Positions 57,886-64,000 of a DNA stretch of 64,000 bases are shown one piece after another (position 1 is the first letter of the stretch; the number at the start of each line of letters is the position of its first letter). This DNA comes from Octopus bimaculoides (Eukaryota): the NCBI RefSeq assembly GCF_001194135.2, contig NC_068993.1:43602954-43666953 (forward strand), in the 5' to 3' direction. The position numbers and the translations under genes are program-made. The notes beneath the pieces are model-generated. The model was not told where the DNA came from. It ran no database searches and saw only the letters and a list, made by a program, of their open reading frames with translations.

Positions 57886-59726
57886 TGTATAAGTATATAT
57901 ATATATGTGTGTGTTTGTATGTATGTGTGTGAATGTTGAGCTATGGTTATGGGCAATGACATCACAGTTTATGTCTGAACTGCAACCAGTGACATTTTTA
58001 GTCAACAAATGATCTGCAATCTCTGTACATTCAAATTCCTCTGCAATTACAGTAAAATCCCTTACTTGCAAAACTAGTCATGGTTGGTGGCAGGAAGTGT
58101 GTCTTGCCATAAAATCTTACCTCAGCCTCCTCCCATCAAAGCATACCGACATGGAAAAAGAACTGACATTAAACAAAACAAGATTTAGAGTTTTGGTGTC
58201 TTTTTTTAATGTTATCAGTTTGGCTGGCTAATAAACTTCATAAAAGAATTGATTTGTATACTGTGAGGAAAATATCTAGCAATTCTGGCAGGACCATATA
58301 ATTGACTATTAAAAGATTCTCTTGTTTGAAATTCATTTTATTCCTAAAATTGTTTGCCAGTAGTAAAAAGATAGTTTTAAAACTTCTATTTGTGTGTACT
58401 TGATATAGATATATATGGTTTGTCCACATTGCTCTATAAGGAGCATAGGATCAGTTTTCAAGTTTCTCTGGCATATATATTCCTCCCTGGATGGGACATT
58501 GGCCAGTTGAAGGATTACTCATCCTTATCAGCTGAATGGACTGAAATAACACGAAAGAAGTGTTTTGCTCAAGCACACAATATATCACCCAGTCCAGGAA
58601 TTGAAACCACAATCTTATGCTCATGAGCCAACACCCCAACCACTAGGTCATACAACTCCACAAACTTATAATATATTTAGAAATAATTAAAATAGTTATC
58701 AGAGAGAAAGAATGAGTTATAGTTGAAGAGCTGAGTCCATTTATTTTACTCTTACACATTAATACCGAATTTGAGGTAAATAATTGGAAACCATGAGCCA
58801 TATATACATTAGATTCTGGTTTAGAGAGATGCCTCATTTCAGTTACTCAAAGTTTTATGTAACCATTTTGTTTTATCTCAAGAAAGTCCTTATGCCAACA
58901 GTAAGCACACACTAGTTCTATGTCACTTCTTTTATTATTATTAGTCATCTAGTAAACTAATTAACTAATTGATTGTTTGATTATTCATTCAGTCGATCAA
59001 TCAAGCAGCTAGATTCATCAGAGTCCTTTCATTGCTCTTATTGACTTCATGAATAATTCTCTCGCTTCTTCAGCAGTGCATGCGTTTATTATTGGCATAC
59101 TGACTGTCCCAGATACAACAAAACTGTTTCAGCACACAAGTTCACATTAAAAATCTTACAGTTTTCCTCTATTTTGAAATGAATTATTCAGATATATTCC
59201 CATGCAGAGTTTACAACCTGTTTGGCATCGCAAGGGATCTCAAAGAGGTAGCTATAGATCAGGAGGTGCAAGCCCTAGAAGTGGGTAGCACTAACTGGAC
59301 ATAAATTGGAGCTTGGTCAACTCTGGCTGGGTTAGCTGGGTGAGGGTGTCTGATGTGTAAAAACCCAAAATACCTAATGGACTGCAGGAAACATCACATA
59401 CTTATTACACACACACATACATTATATATATATCATTATCATTGTTTAACCCTTTCGCATTTCAACCAGCTGAATCAGGCCTAAATATTCTACTTGTTTT
59501 ATGTTCAAACTAGTAAGATCTGGCCGTTCATACTTGCCCTACAATGTCATTCTAAAAATATACAAATGACATCATCAAATCTTTAACAACTGAATGAATT
59601 TAATAAAAGCATCTAAATATGAAACATCATGAAAATTGTTCAAACTCAAGTCCTTGAGCAACACATTTTTGCATTTGAGTCAATACAGAATTACAGATAG
59701 TATTTATGGAATTTTGATTTACTGTC

Positions 59727-60321
59727 AGTCGCGGTTTCTTTTACATATTGACATGCGTCAATCGTTTCTCTCGTTGGCCTGAAGCCATTCCAATAGTGGA
59801 CATTTCTGCTGAGTCAGTTGCTCGGGCTTTCGTTTCTAACTAGATTGCTCACTTTGGTGTCCCAGCTAAAATAACCACTGATCGTGGACGCCAGTTCGAA
59901 GCCTCCTTATTTCGTGAATTATCACGAATCCTAGGTGTTCATCGTATTCGTACGACCAGCTACCATCCAGCTTCCAACAGGATGGTCGAATATTTTCACA
60001 GGCAACTGAAGGCCACTCCTGATCCTCAGTCTTGGACAGAATTCCTGCCTATCGTTCTTCTTAGTTGTCGCACTGCTGTTAAAACAGGCTTAGGTTTCTC
60101 CTCTGCTGAACTCGTTTACGGTACCATCCTGGCACTCCCTGGTACAATGTTGGCTCCAGACAATTCATCGCATCCTGGACCAACGTCATATGTCACCAGA
60201 CTTCGCTCGTATTTCTCGACTCTTCCACCCATGCATCCGTGTGACCAGTCTATTTCCTCTCATGTCCCACCGGACATTGACAAATTGACTCATATTTTTG
60301 TTCGGGATGATTCTGTCAGAG
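59727..60321 (+). pseudogene. Gypsy/Ty3 LTR-retrotransposon integrase fragment
   Basis: [60 protein letters not shown]. One in-frame TAG. No LTRs seen. Confidence 0.9.
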
Positions 60322-60872
60322 GTATGCGCTGCATGCTCTGTGATTTTTTATCCATATCATCGGAAAATTACATAAAATAGTTACTTTTGTTTCAAAGAAA
60401 CTCCGTCCATGTGTTTTCTAATGTATTCTGCCTCCCCTTCCCCCTCTCTCACTGACTCGTTCGTCTGCTTTGAGAAGACCACGTGACACCCCCTCCCCTC
60501 TCTCTCTCTGTTAGTGTAGAATTGTTGCTAACCTCGTTCCACTTTCTGACCCAAACCAGCACAATCCCATAATTCCTGAGTTAGCCATCTGAAATGTCAG
60601 AACAACCTGGCGGTAAGTTTGAATTTTTTTTTTTATCCTAAGCATCTGTTTGCACTATTATATTTTTGGAGTGTTCTGAAAAAAAAAAATTATCTATATT
60701 ATATTTCTTATTTCAGAAGTAGCTAATTAATCTTAAATTAATTTTACTAACGTTATTTTTTCTGTTTTGTTGAAATTGACTTAAAATTTACTCAGACAAT
60801 TTACGTGTGTTCTTATATAAAAGTAGCTTTTTTCAAAACTTGATAATTTTTCAATCTTTTATGATATGTTAG

Positions 60873-61492
60873 GGAAAAAATATGGAGTAGATGCAGGAAT
60901 CGGAATTCAGAGATCCAAAAATATATCTATTGAGCCCCAACGACATTATAGACTGCTTTATAACAAAATTATCAGTACAATAGTTGACCAAAATAAAAGC
61001 ACGATATTCATCCTTAGAAGAATTTAAATTCATGGAACTTTTGAATTTCAACAAAGTAGATGAGTATTGCAAACAATTTCCTGTGAAGATTCTTTAAAAA
61101 TGACTTATGGCAGATTATTTGATGTAATACGATTACAAAGTGAGCTCAATGTGATGTATTCAATGAAAGATTTTAAAAAGCGAAGTGTAAGTCATTTAAT
61201 GAGTTACATTTACAGCAGTGACCTTGTTGAAGCTATGCCAGAACTCTTCAATCTGTGCAAGTTGATTTTGACAATTCCGTCTACCACTGCTTCTGTAGAG
61301 CGATCCTTTTCTGCATTAAGTAGAATCAAAACATACCAAAGAAATGCGACAGGAGAAAGAAGACTGTCTGGGTTAGCATTAACATCAATTGAAAAAGATT
61401 TATTACAATTGATGAAAAGAGAAGATTTCTATGAAAATATGATAGATATATTTTCCCAGAAAGATCAAAGAATTGAATTAATTTATAAATGA
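60873..61492 (+). pseudogene. hAT transposase C-terminal relic (dimerisation domain)
   Basis: PELFNLCKLILTIPSTTASVERSFSALSRIKTYQRN..RLSGLAL. Two frameshifts upstream. The right end is presumably lost in the 61583-62243 gap. Confidence 0.88.
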
Positions 61493-62894
61493 GGTAAATA
61501 ACATTTTAGAACATAAAAAAAAACTTAATATATTAAAGGGCATATATTGCAAGTTTTGGTTAGTGTTTGTTATAACGTAAGGNNNNNNNNNNNNNNNNNN
61601 NNNNNNNNNNNNNNNNNNNNNNNNNNNNNNNNNNNNNNNNNNNNNNNNNNNNNNNNNNNNNNNNNNNNNNNNNNNNNNNNNNNNNNNNNNNNNNNNNNNN
61701 NNNNNNNNNNNNNNNNNNNNNNNNNNNNNNNNNNNNNNNNNNNNNNNNNNNNNNNNNNNNNNNNNNNNNNNNNNNNNNNNNNNNNNNNNNNNNNNNNNNN
61801 NNNNNNNNNNNNNNNNNNNNNNNNNNNNNNNNNNNNNNNNNNNNNNNNNNNNNNNNNNNNNNNNNNNNNNNNNNNNNNNNNNNNNNNNNNNNNNNNNNNN
61901 NNNNNNNNNNNNNNNNNNNNNNNNNNNNNNNNNNNNNNNNNNNNNNNNNNNNNNNNNNNNNNNNNNNNNNNNNNNNNNNNNNNNNNNNNNNNNNNNNNNN
62001 NNNNNNNNNNNNNNNNNNNNNNNNNNNNNNNNNNNNNNNNNNNNNNNNNNNNNNNNNNNNNNNNNNNNNNNNNNNNNNNNNNNNNNNNNNNNNNNNNNNN
62101 NNNNNNNNNNNNNNNNNNNNNNNNNNNNNNNNNNNNNNNNNNNNNNNNNNNNNNNNNNNNNNNNNNNNNNNNNNNNNNNNNNNNNNNNNNNNNNNNNNNN
62201 NNNNNNNNNNNNNNNNNNNNNNNNNNNNNNNNNNNNNNNNNNNGGGAAAGTACTGACGTTTCGAAGAGAGAGAAAAATACAAACAATACACTTATTTCAG
62301 GCTCATCTCTACAGAGCCATTTTTTATTCCCTGCTTATTCTAGGTCATACAGGGGTGATTGCATATTCAGAATCTCCCATATGTAAATCGTAGGAATACT
62401 ATAATTCTTTTACTGAAAAATTGCCAGGGGTGGAGTGGAGAAATTCATTGTATGCCCAACCCCGGAAGTCACCGCACGCCACTGATATATATATATATAT
62501 ATATATAAATAATCATCATTTAAAATTCGTTTTCCATGCTGGCATGTTTGACAGGAGCTGGGCAGCTGTAGAGCTACCTGGGTTCCATGTCTATTTTGGC
62601 ATGGTTTCTATGGCTAGATGCCCTTCCTAATGCCAGCCACTTTATAGTGAGTACTGGGTTCTTTTTAATTGGCACTGACACAGGTAGTTTTTATGTGGTA
62701 CTGGTGCAGTTGTTTTTTTACGTGGTACCAGCGCCCACAAGATTAGGATCACTCAGTTGAAGAGGGATGCAGTGAACATGCCTGTATGTATGAACAACTG
62801 CGATTTCACTTAGCTTGATATGTCTTCTCAAACACACCAAACCTCCAGGTATAACGGTTGTTTCTCGAGTCCAAAAAAGAGGATTGTATTGCAT

Positions 62895-63190
62895 GTTCAA
62901 CATCTATGGACGCTCATGTGACTTCTTAGGTTGAAGTCAGGCGGAAAGATACGGTTGCAGGTCAATCAAGGAACACTGCTTTGGGGATAGGAGCGGACGC
63001 CTTTCTGTGACTCAGTTGGCTTGCACTGAGGCGTTGCATATACCATTTGGTTTAGATGTTGTTTGCTGCTTTGGAGCATAGTTTCAATCAACTGCAGTAC
63101 GCTCAAGATCGTGGGGTTTATGCTCAGCCTACTTCCGGTTGGACTTGACGTTTTTATATAACTTTCTTGAGCGACTTCGGACACGACTTC
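62895..63190 (-). mobile_element. Decayed RTE-type LINE 3' coding end with C2H2 zinc finger
   Basis: *LTCNRIFPPDFNLRSHMSVH fits C-x2-C-x12-H-x3-H if the TGA replaced the first Cys. Confidence 0.55.
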
Positions 63191-63717
63191 CCCTCTCCAG
63201 TCCTACATAAAATAGTTGTCTGTTCCAGCTTTACTCAACAACACTTGTAGGAGGTGGAAATCATGATCTGATACTCAAAATTGAATATAAATTCAGAAAT
63301 CAAAACGAGATATCTTACTATGGACCAGTACCTCTTAAAAATAAGATAGCCAATCTAAAACAAAAAAATTGTTTGTTGTTGCTAGTTAGAGATTAAATAA
63401 TTGTTTCACTCAGATAATAAAAGTTTAACAGCATTTATTTTTTACTTGAAATACCAAATAACATCCCAGAGAGACGAATTCTACAAAGAAGAAAGCGTCA
63501 AATAAAAGTTAACTGGAGAAGGAAGGGACATAATTATGGTTTGAAAATAGTTATCTCCCTTAGTTTTAAAAATGTTTTAAAGTGAGCTGATGTTTGATAT
63601 TTTTAGATTAAAATCAACAGGGATATTATATTGCTAGCGAAAAAGGAGAGAGCTTTATAACTTCTCAGAATATATACATATATATATACATATGCATGTA
63701 TATACATATATACATAT

Positions 63718-64000
63718 TGTGCCAGAAGGGAGGCTAGGCGACAGGTTTATTTAGCCAGAGGGGAAGCAGATAAGGAAAGATTTGCCAATGTTCTGCGCCG
63801 TGAGGACCAAAGACTCGAGGTATTTCGTGTTGCAAGACAGTGTAGGAGAGAGAATAGTGATGTTGTAGGAGAGAAATGTGTTCGCATGGACGATGGTACG
63901 CTTGCATTAAATGAGGATGCAAAGAAAGAGGTCTGGAGATGCCACTACGATAGATTGCTTAATAAAGAGAATGAATGGGAGAAAGAGAGCCTGCCGTATG
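63718..64000 (+). mobile_element. 5'-truncated RTE-clade LINE ORF2 fragment running off the window
   Basis: Open frame ARREARRQVYLARGEA..VFRVARQCRRENSDVVGEKCVRMDDG..WRCHYDRLLNKENEW resembles the EN-RT linker of RTE elements. Confidence 0.75.

Noticed and set aside
60317-60327. Donor-like AG|GTATGC at the end of the Gypsy fragment, suggesting exonisation
   Set aside because: The upstream acceptor is weak, there is an internal stop, and the site more likely marks the start of the adjacent hAT element.

Overview
AT-rich animal genomic DNA, almost certainly a cephalopod (Octopus-type SINE/LINE/MITE landscape, scaffold with N gaps). The window holds the 3' ~60% of one giant cadherin gene on the + strand, a Fat4/Drosophila-fat orthologue. 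I traced 17 GT-AG exons from 8040 to the stop at 51254-51256. All 16 junctions are phase-compatible, giving about 2,960 C-terminal residues: about 17 cadherin repeats, 4 EGF, LamG, EGF, LamG, EGF, a transmembrane helix and a Fat4-type cytoplasmic tail ending EEYV. Five of these exons are missing from the supplied ORF track. The 5' exons lie upstream of the window. Introns and flanks are dense with tRNA-derived SINEs, RTE and R4/Dong-like LINE fragments, Tc1/mariner, piggyBac, hAT and Kolobok-like MITEs, a Gypsy integrase relic and microsatellites. There are no prokaryotic features and no CRISPR array. The most notable observations are a fossil duplicate of a Fat4 exon in the next intron, an RQKR furin-type site at the start of LamG2, microsatellite-targeted LINE/SINE pile-ups, and several fold-back structures in the pre-mRNA. 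I found no demonstrably new biological system.
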